Notes: generated by a model not told the origin, from the sequence alone. Positions 18,261 to 28,060 are shown, counted from the stretch's first letter. The stretch is DNA of 53,884 nt from Patescibacteria group bacterium (GCA_038065295.1 JBBTRG010000006.1:1596-55479); one strand, 5' to 3'. Translations and numbers: made by a program.

Positions 18261-19664
18261 TCAATCGCTCAAAAGCGCCATGGCGCTCTTTACGCGCGTT
18301 AGAACCTCTGATTTACCCAATACGGCGGCTATTTCAAACGGCCCGGGAGAATACTGTTTGCCGCACAAAGACACCCTAAAAGGCCACAAAACATCGCCTC
18401 TGCCCTCTTTTTCCGCATATGGCATAAGCTCTTTTTCAAGATTTTCTTTAGTAAAATCATTCTCCGCAATAGTATCAGCCAATTCGTTGATTTTGTTCAA
18501 ATGTCGCAAAATATCAGAATGGCTTTGTTTCCCCTTCCAAGCAAGCATCTCTTTGGGATAAAATGGCATCTGAAAAAAATAATCCACATACTCCGGCACA
18601 TCCCCGAACTTAACAATTCGCTCTTTTACCAAATCAATGATCCGCATCCATAATTTTTCATTATTTTTAATAATTTCCCTCCACTCTTCCGGTAAAAAAT
18701 CCGATGCTTCTCTCGCGATGTTTTGCTGATCCATTAATTTTACGTACTCCTTGTTCATCCAATTTAATTTATCAATGTCAAAAACCGCGCCTCCTTTTTG
18801 AACGCGTTCAAAAGAAAATTCCATCACCAGTTCTTCGCGCGTAAAAATTTCGCGGTCTTCCCGCCCATGCCATCCCAAAAGAGCGATAAAATTGATAAGC
18901 GCATCCGCCACATATCCGTCTTTCTTGTATTCATTAATAGAGGTGGCGCCGTCACGCTTGGACATCTTTGAACGGTCTTTGCCCAAGATAAGCGGCAGAT
19001 GCGCATACCGCGGCGCCGGAATATTTAACGCCCGCTGTATCAATATTTGCTTGGGAGTATTGGGAATATGGTCTTCGCCGCGTATCACATGTGAAATCTG
19101 CATTTCATAATCGTCTATTACCACCGCAAAATTATACAAGGGCGCTTTTAAATTTTTTGCCAAAGAAAAATCTCCTAAAAGTGTCGCCGCGAAATTAATC
19201 TCGCCGCGAATCATGTCATTAAATGTTATATCGCCGTTAAAATCATTTTTAAAACGAATAATGCCGGTTTCCACTCCGCCTTCGCGGAACTCGCAAACAT
19301 GGCGCGGAGCCTCTTTGCGCCCCATCTGCTCTTCCCGTTCGCGAGCTAGATCCTCTTCGCTATGCGGACAATAAAAAACTTTCTTTTCATCAAGAAGTTT
19401 TTTTAAATAACCTTCGTAAAGCTGTAAGCGCTCCGACTGCCTATACGGCGTTTTATTGTCCCAGTCAATGCCCAGCCAACGCAAACCGTCTATGATATCT
19501 TTTTCAAACCTCGGATCCGAACGCTCCAAATCCGTGTCTTCAATGCGCAAAACAAATTCTCCCTTGTTTTGCCTAGCAAAAAGCCAACTAAAAAGCGCGG
19601 TACGCGCCGTGCCGATATGAAGCGTACCCGTAGGCGAAGGAGCAATGCGTGTCCTAATCTGCAT
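18261..19664 (-). CDS. gltX: Glutamate--tRNA ligase
   Basis: RIAPSPTG.LHIG, LRIEDTD, HVIRGEDH, KMSKR. Confidence 0.97.
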   Translation of the reverse strand: MQIRTRIAPSPTGTLHIGTARTALFSWLFARQNKGEFVLRIEDTDLERSDPRFEKDIIDGLRWLGIDWDNKTPYRQSERLQLYEGYLKKLLDEKKVFYCPHSEEDLAREREEQMGRKEAPRHVCEFREGGVETGIIRFKNDFNGDITFNDMIRGEINFAATLLGDFSLAKNLKAPLYNFAVVIDDYEMQISHVIRGEDHIPNTPKQILIQRALNIPAPRYAHLPLILGKDRSKMSKRDGATSINEYKKDGYVADALINFIALLGWHGREDREIFTREELVMEFSFERVQKGGAVFDIDKLNWMNKEYVKLMDQQNIAREASDFLPEEWREIIKNNEKLWMRIIDLVKERIVKFGDVPEYVDYFFQMPFYPKEMLAWKGKQSHSDILRHLNKINELADTIAENDFTKENLEKELMPYAEKEGRGDVLWPFRVSLCGKQYSPGPFEIAAVLGKSEVLTRVKSAMALLSD

Positions 19665-20784
19665 GTTCCAATGCCAAATCTATTAATGCGCGGGCAATTT
19701 TTTGTGCCGCGTCAATTTTGGCAAAACGCTCAGCCGCGGATTTCATTTCCCGCAATTTGTCTTTATCACGAAGCATTTTTTCAATTTCCGAAAGCAAAAT
19801 ATGAGGTTTTAAATTTTTTTCTTCCAAAATGCTCGCCGCGCCGGCTTTTACGAAAATATACGCGTTTTGTCTTTGATGGTCATTCGCGGATTCTTCCAAT
19901 GGAATCAAAATGCTCGGAATCCCCCACGCCGCTATCTCAAAAATCGCTCCGGCTCCAGAACGCGACAGAATCAGATTAGTGGTCTGCGAGAGATTGCGCA
20001 AATCTCCTTCAGATAAAAATGGCGCGACATGATACCGCTTCGCGTAAGTTGATTTTTCCAAAATAATTCCAGCGCGCTGTTTAACCGACTGGAAATTTAC
20101 CGCGCCGCACTGGTGCACGATATTGGCATGTTCTAAAAGCGATGGCAAAATTTCCAACACCACATCATTGATGCGCTGCGACCCCTGCGAACCTCCCAAA
20201 ATAAGAATGGTTGGGATGTCTTTTTCTAATTCAAAAACCCGGAAAGCCTCTTCCCTATTTCCCCCAATCAAATTTCGCCGGATGGGATTACCAACCAAAG
20301 CTACTTTTTCTTTTGGAAAATATTCAGCGGCGCTTTCAAAAGAAATCGCGGAACGTCTTGCGAAACGTCCCGCCCAACGATTAACTAATCCGGGAACCGC
20401 GTCTGATTCGTGTACAAGGATGGGAATGCGGAAAAACACTCCGCCCACCAGCGCCGGAAAAGCCGCGTATCCTCCTTTTATAAAAATTGCGTCGGGCATC
20501 TCCCAAAACAAATTCCACAAGGCGCGAAACACGCCTAAACCGGTTTTAAGAATATCCACGAGATTCATCAAAGAAAAATACCTCCGCAATTTTCCAGCCG
20601 GCGATTTTTTAAAAATTATCCCCTCTTCACGAAGCATTTGCGCGTCATAAGGCGCATCTGACATCAAAATTAAATCCATGCGAGCTATACGCTCGCGCTC
20701 CGCCAACTCGCGAAGCGATCTGGCAACGGCTATTATCGGGTAAAAATGTCCGCCGGTTCCTCCTCCGGCAAGCAATATTTTCAT
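19654..20784 (-). CDS. murG: Lipid II GlcNAc transferase MurG
   Basis: AGGGTGGHFYP, GGY, HESDAVPG, GNPIR, GGSQGS, RSGA, HQRQNA. Confidence 0.96.
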   Translation of the reverse strand: MKILLAGGGTGGHFYPIIAVARSLRELAERERIARMDLILMSDAPYDAQMLREEGIIFKKSPAGKLRRYFSLMNLVDILKTGLGVFRALWNLFWEMPDAIFIKGGYAAFPALVGGVFFRIPILVHESDAVPGLVNRWAGRFARRSAISFESAAEYFPKEKVALVGNPIRRNLIGGNREEAFRVFELEKDIPTILILGGSQGSQRINDVVLEILPSLLEHANIVHQCGAVNFQSVKQRAGIILEKSTYAKRYHVAPFLSEGDLRNLSQTTNLILSRSGAGAIFEIAAWGIPSILIPLEESANDHQRQNAYIFVKAGAASILEEKNLKPHILLSEIEKMLRDKDKLREMKSAAERFAKIDAAQKIARALIDLALEHAD

Positions 20785-20802
20785 CTTTTTTCTTTTAAAT
20801 AA

Positions 20803-21903
20803 TTATGCCTGGCAATATTTGGAGATATTAAGCACAATCCCCGCCGCCAAAAGAGACAACGCGAGAGACGACCCTCCTTGGCTTATAAAAACCAGTGGCA
20901 AGCCGGTCAAAGGCAGAAGCCCAATCAGTGCTCCCATATGAATCAATGCCTGTACTACTATAAGTATAACAATCCCAGATGCCAAAAGTCTACCGAAATT
21001 ATCCGGCGCGTGCCTTGCTATATGCAGCCCTCGCCACAAAAAAAACATAAAAGCGCCGACAATGGCCAAAACTCCGAAAAATCCAAATTCTTCGGCTATT
21101 ACCGCAAAAATGGAATCTCCAGTGGACTCTGGCAAATAATCAAATTTCTGCAAACTTTTACCGAATCCGCGTCCAAAAAATCCTCCCGAACCGATAGCTA
21201 TTAAAGATTGATGCAACTGATACCCCGCACCGCTCAAATCATATTCCGGATTGATAAAAACCAAAAACCGCGTCAATCTATACGGCTCAAGCGCCACCAA
21301 AACGGATAAAAGTATAAGTCCCGCGGCTATAAGAATCATAATGTGGGATTTTTTTGCTCCGCCTATAAAAAATAAAAACATTGAAGTAATAGCTATCACC
21401 CCGAAAGTTCCCACATCCGGCTCTAAAACAAGCAAGACGCCGACTAAACCGGCCATCACAATAAACGGCAATAAGCCAAACTTCATGGATTTTATTTGTT
21501 CCTTGCGCGCGGACATCCATGAAGCGAGATACGCGATAAACACTAACTTCATAAATTCCGAAGGCTGAAAAAAGAAAAATCCAAAATTAAGCCAACGCTT
21601 CGCTCCACCATGGGCAAAACCTAACTGCGGCACATAGACAAGCAGAAGCAAAACAATACCCGCCAAAAAAAGTGGAAAAGAAATTTTCTGCCAAAACTTA
21701 TAGTGGGTGCGAATGCCAATCCAAAACAAAATGCCGCCCACTCCGAAACCGAAGATAATCTGACGGTATAGATAACTGTAAAAACTTTCGCCCTCGCGCA
21801 CAGCGGCGCCAAGCGATGCCGAAGCTAGCGCTAAAAATCCGAACAAAACCAAAAAGAAAACCACTCCCAAAAATATTCTGTCCGCGCCCTTGTCTATTCT
21901 CAT
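20803..21903 (-). CDS. ftsW: SEDS peptidoglycan glycosyltransferase FtsW
   Basis: GAKRW, FQPSEFMK, EPDVGT, GYQ, LPESTGDSIFAVIAEEFG, TGLPLVFISQGGSS. Adjacent to murG. Confidence 0.93.
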   Translation of the reverse strand: MRIDKGADRIFLGVVFFLVLFGFLALASASLGAAVREGESFYSYLYRQIIFGFGVGGILFWIGIRTHYKFWQKISFPLFLAGIVLLLLVYVPQLGFAHGGAKRWLNFGFFFFQPSEFMKLVFIAYLASWMSARKEQIKSMKFGLLPFIVMAGLVGVLLVLEPDVGTFGVIAITSMFLFFIGGAKKSHIMILIAAGLILLSVLVALEPYRLTRFLVFINPEYDLSGAGYQLHQSLIAIGSGGFFGRGFGKSLQKFDYLPESTGDSIFAVIAEEFGFFGVLAIVGAFMFFLWRGLHIARHAPDNFGRLLASGIVILIVVQALIHMGALIGLLPLTGLPLVFISQGGSSLALSLLAAGIVLNISKYCQA

Positions 21904-23486
21904 CCTTTTTTAATAATTTGCCCGTTTAAATTATTCTGATTGAAAACCGCATTCTCTATCACGGGGCGGCCATTAACGAATACCCATTCTATGCCCTCGG
22001 CAAACAAAAACGGATTGGAATAAGTGGCTACATCCCGCACACGCTCCGGATCAAACACGACCACATCCGCCATGTATTCTTTTTCAAGCGCTCCCCTATT
22101 CTTTAATCCTAAAATTGACGCGGGCAATCCACTCATTTTATAAATCGCATCTTCCCAACTTAAAAGTTTTTTCTCTTTCACAAATTCTTCAAAAACACGC
22201 GGGAAAGTTCCGAAAGACCTCGGATGCGGCAAGTCGCGTTCAAAGCCATCGCCTCGCCCATATCCCACTCCATCGGAAGCCACGGCGGAATATTCCCAAG
22301 ACAGGAATTGCGCCATATTATCCGGATTGATTACTTCATTAAAAATACCTACCCGTAAATCATTAATATCCAAAAGATCCAGCATAATATCCTCGGGACG
22401 CTTACCCGCGTTATCCGCCAACTGCGAAACGTTTTTACCTACCACATCCGCTTCGCCGCCGCCAACGGACGCTATAATTATGCGCTCGTAATGCAGTGTC
22501 ATATCAATGAGCGATGCCGCTAAAAGTTTACGTTTTTCAGGAGTCCTTATAAGATCCAGAATTTCCTTCTGCCCGCCCGCAAGAGCCCAGGTCGGCAAAA
22601 GCATGAATAAATTTGATCCGGTGCTGGTATAAGGGAAAACGTCCGCGCTTACCGCCAAACCCTCATTTTTAGCTTCACTAAGAAGAGAGACAACCTCATC
22701 CGCGTGTTCCCACGCCCTGCGACCCACAGCTTTTAGATGTGAAATATGGCATGAAACGCCGGCTTTTCGCGTAAAACCGATTAATTGCGACAAAGACGGC
22801 AAAATATTTATGCCCTCATCTTTTAAATGATGTTTGGCGAGCGCGCTATTTTCCGCCACGATTTGCAAAAGCGCGGCTATTTCATCATCGCTTGCCATCT
22901 CGCCATAAGCGGCTCCTAAACTTGTGGACATTCCGAACGCTCCGGCTTTCAGCGAGCGCGAAAGTAAAAGCCGCATCTGATCTATTTCCACTTGGTTGGG
23001 AACGCGGCTCTCCAATCCCAAAACACCCTTACGAAGCGTGCCGTGGCCAACTAAAGTCCCGAAATTAACGCCTAATTTCTGCGCCCCCAATTCTTTTAAA
23101 AACTCATTCATCCCTTGCCAGTTAATATTTATCTGTGAAATATCAACCCAGCGTTCAATTCCCTGAATGTCTCCGCCAGAAACCAAAGGCGCAAGTGACG
23201 CCCCGCAGTTCCCTCCCAATATAGTAGTAACGCCTTGGCGGAGTAAGCTTTCCTGGTTAGGATCCAAAAAAAGCCGCCAATGTGTATCGGAATGGCTGGT
23301 TAAATCTATAAAACCCGGAGCAACATATTTGCCGGATGCGTCTATTTCCATAAGACCAGAGGCATTTCCAGCCTCCCCCACAAATTTAATTTTATTGCCA
23401 CCAATGCCAACATCAGCGCGACGAATAACCCCGCGCTTGCCGTCCAGCACCATGCCACCTTTAATTAAAATATCGTAACGAGCCAT
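21900..23486 (-). CDS. N-acyl-D-amino-acid deacylase (D-aminoacylase)-family amidohydrolase
   Basis: YDILIKGG.VLDG, VAPGFID, GVTTILGGNCG, HISHLK, DVFPY, ASDG, PHPRSFGTFPR, ADVVVFDP, VFVNG. Confidence 0.88.
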   Translation of the reverse strand: MARYDILIKGGMVLDGKRGVIRRADVGIGGNKIKFVGEAGNASGLMEIDASGKYVAPGFIDLTSHSDTHWRLFLDPNQESLLRQGVTTILGGNCGASLAPLVSGGDIQGIERWVDISQININWQGMNEFLKELGAQKLGVNFGTLVGHGTLRKGVLGLESRVPNQVEIDQMRLLLSRSLKAGAFGMSTSLGAAYGEMASDDEIAALLQIVAENSALAKHHLKDEGINILPSLSQLIGFTRKAGVSCHISHLKAVGRRAWEHADEVVSLLSEAKNEGLAVSADVFPYTSTGSNLFMLLPTWALAGGQKEILDLIRTPEKRKLLAASLIDMTLHYERIIIASVGGGEADVVGKNVSQLADNAGKRPEDIMLDLLDINDLRVGIFNEVINPDNMAQFLSWEYSAVASDGVGYGRGDGFERDLPHPRSFGTFPRVFEEFVKEKKLLSWEDAIYKMSGLPASILGLKNRGALEKEYMADVVVFDPERVRDVATYSNPFLFAEGIEWVFVNGRPVIENAVFNQNNLNGQIIKKG

Positions 23487-23572
23487 AGATCAAATTAGAG
23501 CTAAAATAATATAACCTATATTAATTATACAACATTACTGCTACGCACAAAATGGAAAACTGCCGACAAAAA

Positions 23573-23601
23573 TAAACAATCCGCTCGGAGCGGATTGTTT
23601 A
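23573..23601. terminator. Hairpin, probable terminator of the 23872-23615 ORF
   Basis: TAAACAATCCGCT-CGG-AGCGGATTGTTTA, 13-bp stem; T-rich tract follows on the minus strand. Confidence 0.7.
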
Positions 23602-23614
23602 CGGATTTAGTTAT

Positions 23615-23872
23615 TTATTGGCTCTGATTTTGACTTTCGCGCATACGCTCCAATGCCCGTTCATTTTCTCTGCGATTCAAATCATCCATCGCGTCCATGC
23701 CTTTTTCCTCGTCGCTTTTTTCTTCAGACTCTTCCGAGGCGGGAAACTCCAAACCAGCGCCCATTTGATCCTCCCTGGATCCGTCTGGCATGGAAACTGG
23801 CTCGGAACTGAATTTAAGGTGCTTTTTTAACCAGTCCCAAGCACTTTTTAACGCATCAATAATACTTTGCAT
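23615..23872 (-). CDS. Hypothetical acidic protein
   Basis: 85-aa ORF with upstream TG-T-TATAAT and a downstream hairpin; no recognisable family. Confidence 0.6.
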   Translation of the reverse strand: MQSIIDALKSAWDWLKKHLKFSSEPVSMPDGSREDQMGAGLEFPASEESEEKSDEEKGMDAMDDLNRRENERALERMRESQNQSQ

Positions 23873-23973
23873 AATAAATAATCCACTCTAACCAATAATG
23901 ATAATTATAACATGTCTTACAGCAGTTTGCTTATTACGGAACCTGCGTTCGCCTTGCTCATTTCGGTCCCGCT

Positions 23974-24063
23974 TTCGACTCCCCAACGCGACACAAATAA
24001 TTGTGTCGCTTGGGACCAAAAAACCTCGTTTCACTCGTTTTTTCGGTCCCATGGGGAGTCGAA
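23974..24063. repeat. Imperfect inverted repeat formed by an inverted copy of the tRNA-Glu 3' end with an internal hairpin
   Basis: TTCGACTCCCCA (23974-85) pairs with 24052-63. TGGGACCAAAAAAC (24011-24) pairs with 24037-51. Inserted stem-loop GCGACACAA-ATAA-TTGTGTCGC. Confidence 0.8.
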
Positions 24064-24116
24064 CCCCAGTTTTATGGATGAGAACCATATGTCCTAGGCC
24101 ACTAGACGATGGGACC
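24044..24116 (-). tRNA. tRNA-Glu (anticodon CTC)
   Basis: GGTCCCA acceptor stem with TGGGACC, D arm TCGTCTAGTGGCCTAGGAC, anticodon arm TATGG-TTCTCAT-CCATA, T arm GGGGTTCGACTCCCC. CCA is not encoded. Confidence 0.95.
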
Positions 24117-24130
24117 AAAATCTATATGTA

Positions 24131-24210
24131 TTGATTATTATAGCAAAATGATATATAGTAATCCCAGGCATATTAGCATTTTGACAATCGCCATTCAACC
24201 CGTGAAGGAG
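24131..24210 (+). promoter_or_regulatory. Sigma70 promoter, boxA-like motif and Shine-Dalgarno of the orphan gene
   Basis: TTGATT-17-TATAGT (24131-24159); GCATTTTGACAAT (~24176-24188); AAGGAG (24205-24210). Confidence 0.55.
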
Positions 24211-24215
24211 ACGCT

Positions 24216-24596
24216 ATGGAAATTTGGCAACTGGAAAAGAAAAAAGAAGGAAATGTTTGGGACAAAAAACCTTTCGGAAATTTTCCGGACAGAAACGAAA
24301 GCCTTTTTGAAATGGTTTTGAACCATATGAATACTAGAAAAAACAGCAAATATTCAAGTACTTATTGGATAGTTTTTACAAAAAAAGAAGAAGAAGCTCT
24401 GATGGAATTTAGCAGACCATTTTTATCCGACAAAGGCTTGGGACACGGACTGGGATCTGATTTCTTAGACGGCGCCTTACTTTATTATATTCAAAGATTT
24501 CGAACTGACGCCCCGACTTCCTTTTATATTTCGGAAGATCCAAATGAATTCACGACTCCTCCGTTCCGTTTGGCGCTCATGTTCCGAGTTAAATAA
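24216..24596 (+). CDS. Hypothetical protein (orphan, opposite strand to the dcw genes)
   Basis: 126-aa ORF with SD, promoter and terminator; no recognisable family. Confidence 0.7.
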   Translation: MEIWQLEKKKEGNVWDKKPFGNFPDRNESLFEMVLNHMNTRKNSKYSSTYWIVFTKKEEEALMEFSRPFLSDKGLGHGLGSDFLDGALLYYIQRFRTDAPTSFYISEDPNEFTTPPFRLALMFRVK

Positions 24597-24600
24597 TAAA

Positions 24601-24628
24601 AATCCCGTTGCTTGCGAGCGGCGGGATT
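24601..24628. terminator. Probable bidirectional rho-independent terminator
   Basis: AATCCCGTTGCT-TGCG-AGCGGCGGGATT flanked by A and T tracts, between convergent genes. Confidence 0.75.
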
Positions 24629-24631
24629 ATT

Positions 24632-25933
24632 TTATTTTTTCCAAAAAGCGTCCTGCCGCACCAGCAATTTTTCGGCATTTTCCGGATGCAGCATTACCTC
24701 TTCCACCACCCGCTCCATCCGCATGCTCTGCGAACCTTTTACCAAAATCAAATCGCCATCTTCCATAATTTTTTGCAATTTCAACCCCGCCTCCGCGGAA
24801 TCCGTGAATTCAAAAATATGTCCCGCCTCAAATCCCGCCTCTCTCGCTTCTTCAGCAATAAATTTGGAGCGCGGACCAACCACAAGCAAAATATCAATTA
24901 TATTTTTTAATCGTTTGCCGATTTCCTTGTGCGCTTCAATCGTAAATTTGCCAAGTTCCAGCATATCGCCCAACACAGCTATTTTTCTTTTAGCGGGAAT
25001 ATCGCGCAATGTATCTATCGCGGCGTGCAACGCTTGCGGAGAAGAATTATAAGTGTCATCCAAAAGAAGCGCGCCTTTTATCCCCTCAATCAACTTGAGC
25101 CGTCCAGGCGGAGAATCGTAAAGCGACAATGCTTCGGATATTTCAATTAAATTCATGCCTTCCGCCAAACCCACGGCAATCGCGGCTAACGCCGCGTAAA
25201 CCTGCTGTCTGCCGAAAACTCCATGAATGCGTACCGGCACAGTTGCTTTCTGATAATCTACTTTGAAAGATACGCCCAAAGGAATCGCTTTACCATCCTC
25301 TTCCTGGTATAAAACCTGATAATTGGACGCCCTTACATCGGCATGTTCTCCAAACCCAAAAGTCAAAACTTGGCTCCGCGTCTTTTCTTTCATATCGTAA
25401 ACCGTCGCGTCGTCAAAATTAAGAATCGCCCAATCATGCACTCCAAGGAAACGCAAAATCTTTGACTTCTCCCGCGCCACCGCCTCGGATCCGGCAAAAA
25501 ATTCAATATGCACAGGCACTTCTCCGATCGCCGTAACCACTGCGATATCCGGTTTAACCAGATTTTCCATACGTGAAATATCGCCGGGCCTGTCTACGCC
25601 CATTTCCAATACCAACATCTTGGGATATCCGTTTTTGCGCGCAAACACCTGTTTTAAACCATTCCATAAAACCTTAGTCCATCCTATGGGCGAAGACCAC
25701 GCGGTTTCCTGGCCCAAAATAGCCAAAGGCACGCCCAGTTCGCTATTATAACTTTTCTCGCTTGCCCGCACGGACGAAGCTCTGCCCAAAACAGCGGCAA
25801 TAGCGCCCTTGGTGGAAGTTTTGCCGACGCTTCCGGTAATGGCAATAACCCGCGGCTTGTATTTATTCATCACCAGCCTCGCTTCAATTTGCAGAATTTT
25901 CGTTATTGCGGATTTTATTATTGATCTGAACAT
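24632..25933 (-). CDS. murF: UDP-MurNAc-tripeptide--D-Ala-D-Ala ligase MurF
   Basis: AITGSVGKTSTK, YNSELGVP, LEMG, DDTYNSSP, LGDMLELG, LVKGS. Confidence 0.92.
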   Translation of the reverse strand: MFRSIIKSAITKILQIEARLVMNKYKPRVIAITGSVGKTSTKGAIAAVLGRASSVRASEKSYNSELGVPLAILGQETAWSSPIGWTKVLWNGLKQVFARKNGYPKMLVLEMGVDRPGDISRMENLVKPDIAVVTAIGEVPVHIEFFAGSEAVAREKSKILRFLGVHDWAILNFDDATVYDMKEKTRSQVLTFGFGEHADVRASNYQVLYQEEDGKAIPLGVSFKVDYQKATVPVRIHGVFGRQQVYAALAAIAVGLAEGMNLIEISEALSLYDSPPGRLKLIEGIKGALLLDDTYNSSPQALHAAIDTLRDIPAKRKIAVLGDMLELGKFTIEAHKEIGKRLKNIIDILLVVGPRSKFIAEEAREAGFEAGHIFEFTDSAEAGLKLQKIMEDGDLILVKGSQSMRMERVVEEVMLHPENAEKLLVRQDAFWKK

Positions 25934-25997
25934 TTGCGTTGATTCGCGTAACCACTATTATTGCTACTCTTAGTTTACAACAATTTTCACATTAATT

Positions 25998-27722
25998 TCA
26001 CCTATCTGGAGGAACCTGATAATAATTCAATAAGAAGTGAATGGTATCCATAAATGTCGCAGTCAATGATTGAGAAGCATACCTGACCCCTTGTGGTTTT
26101 TCAAGGTAAAGAAAAATCAAAAATTTAGGATCAAATCCAGGGGCATAACCAAAAAATGTGTGTACCATTTCGTCAGAATACCCTCCGCCGCCGGATTTGG
26201 GAATAAATGCCGTACCGGTTTTGGCGGCCATGGTATAGTGAGCATCACGCGCCGTACCTCCGGCCAATGCTTCATCCACCACACGAACCAACATGCGGCT
26301 TATGACTTCGGAAGTCTCCGGTTTCAAAACACGACGCACCTCCTCCGGTTTCGTAATGTCATCCGACTCTCCGGATTTTATGATTCTATCCACTATATAC
26401 GGCTTCATAATTACTCCTCCATTGGCCAGCGCGGAAAAAGCGCGCGCCGCGCCTAGAGCGGTTACCGAAATTCCCTGACCGTACGCAGCGGTCGCGTATT
26501 CAATATCCCTTTCCGTATCCAAATTAGACATATTTCCAACCACCTCATCAGGCAATTCAATCCCCGTCTTTTCATCAATTCCGTAATTAACCATATAATC
26601 ATAAAAATTTTTCTTACCCAGCTGCTGCATGGCAAAAACCGCGCCGGTATTTAAAGACTCGTCCAAAACTTTCTGCATATCTACATCGCCCCTTCCCTTG
26701 CCGTCGTAATTGGCTATGCGCCTGCCATTCAACACCAAAAATCCGTCGTCATGGTATTTAGTTTCCGGAGTAATGGCGCCACGGTCTATTGCCGCGGCCA
26801 GCGTCAACGGCTTAAACACCGATCCTATTTCATAAACTTTCTCCGTAAGCGAATTCATGAAAGCGTTGATATTTTTAGTGTCTTGATAATTATTCGGATC
26901 AAAATCAGGCAAAGCGGCCATAGCAAGAATCTTTCCGGTAACCGGGTCCATAACCAAGCCGCCCGCGCTCTCCGCGCGCCACTTCTCCTTGGCGTCACTC
27001 AATGCTTTCTCCAAAAATAATTGCGCGTCTATATTCAAAGTGAGCACTATGTCATTGCCTTCTTCGGGCGCTTCAAATATTCTCTTTCCCAAATCAATCA
27101 AAAATCCCTGTGCCGAACGCGCGCCCTGCGTATACCCGCCCTTACCCGACAATTGATTGTCAAAGTAACGTTCTATACCATACCGCCCCTCCAATTTGTC
27201 ACCGTTATAACCAACAAATCCCACCACTTGAGATGCCGCTCTTCCCGCCGGATAATAACGCCACTCCGCCGGCACTATACCAACCCCCTCAATATTCAAA
27301 TTTTTAATTCTCTCCGCCGACTCACGATCTACGTGAGAAACTATGATTTCATACGGATCATTCTTTTTAACCAAACGCCCCATGAAATAATCACGGTCAA
27401 CCTCCACAATTTCGGCAATCCGACCGTATAAAACATCCGGGTCGGTTTTTTTGTCGTTCAGCATCTTTGGATTTACAAAAATGTCATAACCCTCCTTTAT
27501 TCCTGCGACCGCCATGCGTTCGCCTTCCTTGTTTTGTATGTAAATACTGCCACGGCGAGGGGCAAGCTCTGTTGAATAATTATGCTGACGCGCGGCAAGT
27601 ACCTGGTAATAATCTCCCGACACAATTTGTAAAAAAAACAGGCGAGCCACTACAAGGCCGGCCGCAAACATTAAAATTATAAATATCCATTTAATCCTTC
27701 CTACGCTCGTTTTATGCATCAC
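25998..27722 (-). CDS. ftsI: Class B penicillin-binding protein (FtsI/PBP3-like)
   Basis: N-terminal TM, RG.IY, RYYP, GIERYFD, SVFK (SxxK), SLN (SxN), KTGT. Follows mraZ-rsmH-ftsL. Confidence 0.88.
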   Translation of the reverse strand: MMHKTSVGRIKWIFIILMFAAGLVVARLFFLQIVSGDYYQVLAARQHNYSTELAPRRGSIYIQNKEGERMAVAGIKEGYDIFVNPKMLNDKKTDPDVLYGRIAEIVEVDRDYFMGRLVKKNDPYEIIVSHVDRESAERIKNLNIEGVGIVPAEWRYYPAGRAASQVVGFVGYNGDKLEGRYGIERYFDNQLSGKGGYTQGARSAQGFLIDLGKRIFEAPEEGNDIVLTLNIDAQLFLEKALSDAKEKWRAESAGGLVMDPVTGKILAMAALPDFDPNNYQDTKNINAFMNSLTEKVYEIGSVFKPLTLAAAIDRGAITPETKYHDDGFLVLNGRRIANYDGKGRGDVDMQKVLDESLNTGAVFAMQQLGKKNFYDYMVNYGIDEKTGIELPDEVVGNMSNLDTERDIEYATAAYGQGISVTALGAARAFSALANGGVIMKPYIVDRIIKSGESDDITKPEEVRRVLKPETSEVISRMLVRVVDEALAGGTARDAHYTMAAKTGTAFIPKSGGGGYSDEMVHTFFGYAPGFDPKFLIFLYLEKPQGVRYASQSLTATFMDTIHFLLNYYQVPPDR

Positions 27723-28060
27723 CTCATAGAAACATTAATGCTAGCCAGCTTGCCTTCTTCCGCCATAACAAACCGAGGATTACCGGCCTGAATAAGACCG
27801 TATTTTTCCGCCATTCCATTATTCAAAGAAGCGAGCTTTTGTATATAAATTGATTCCGCGTTCTGATAAGCATTTCGCACCAAACCAAACTCGGAAGAAA
27901 GGCGTTCTGCCGCGTACCCTGCGGAAAGCCGCACATTAACAAAATATATGTAAAGCATGGAAAGAAGCACCAAAGACGCGAGCAACAACCACACCGCGGA
28001 CATCAATTGCGTTTCATTTTTATTCTTTATATTATTTATGATTTTTTGATCTATGGTCAT
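27719..28060 (-). CDS. FtsL-like bitopic division protein
   Basis: One TM plus helical region; position between rsmH and ftsI. Call rests mainly on synteny. Confidence 0.55.
   Translation of the reverse strand: MTIDQKIINNIKNKNETQLMSAVWLLLASLVLLSMLYIYFVNVRLSAGYAAERLSSEFGLVRNAYQNAESIYIQKLASLNNGMAEKYGLIQAGNPRFVMAEEGKLASINVSMR

Noticed and set aside
23961-24050. attL/attR pair of an integrated element at tRNA-Glu
   Set aside because: The direct repeat is only 10 nt and 80 bp apart, the longer duplication is inverted, and there is no integrase.
23888-24134. Short ORFs overlapping the tRNA region
   Set aside because: They overlap tRNA-Glu and its inverted repeat and have no protein-like features.
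25931-25951. Short near-repeat ACGCGAATCAACGCAAAT (minus strand) before murF
   Set aside because: Only two imperfect 10-nt units at a single locus; not enough to call a repeat family.
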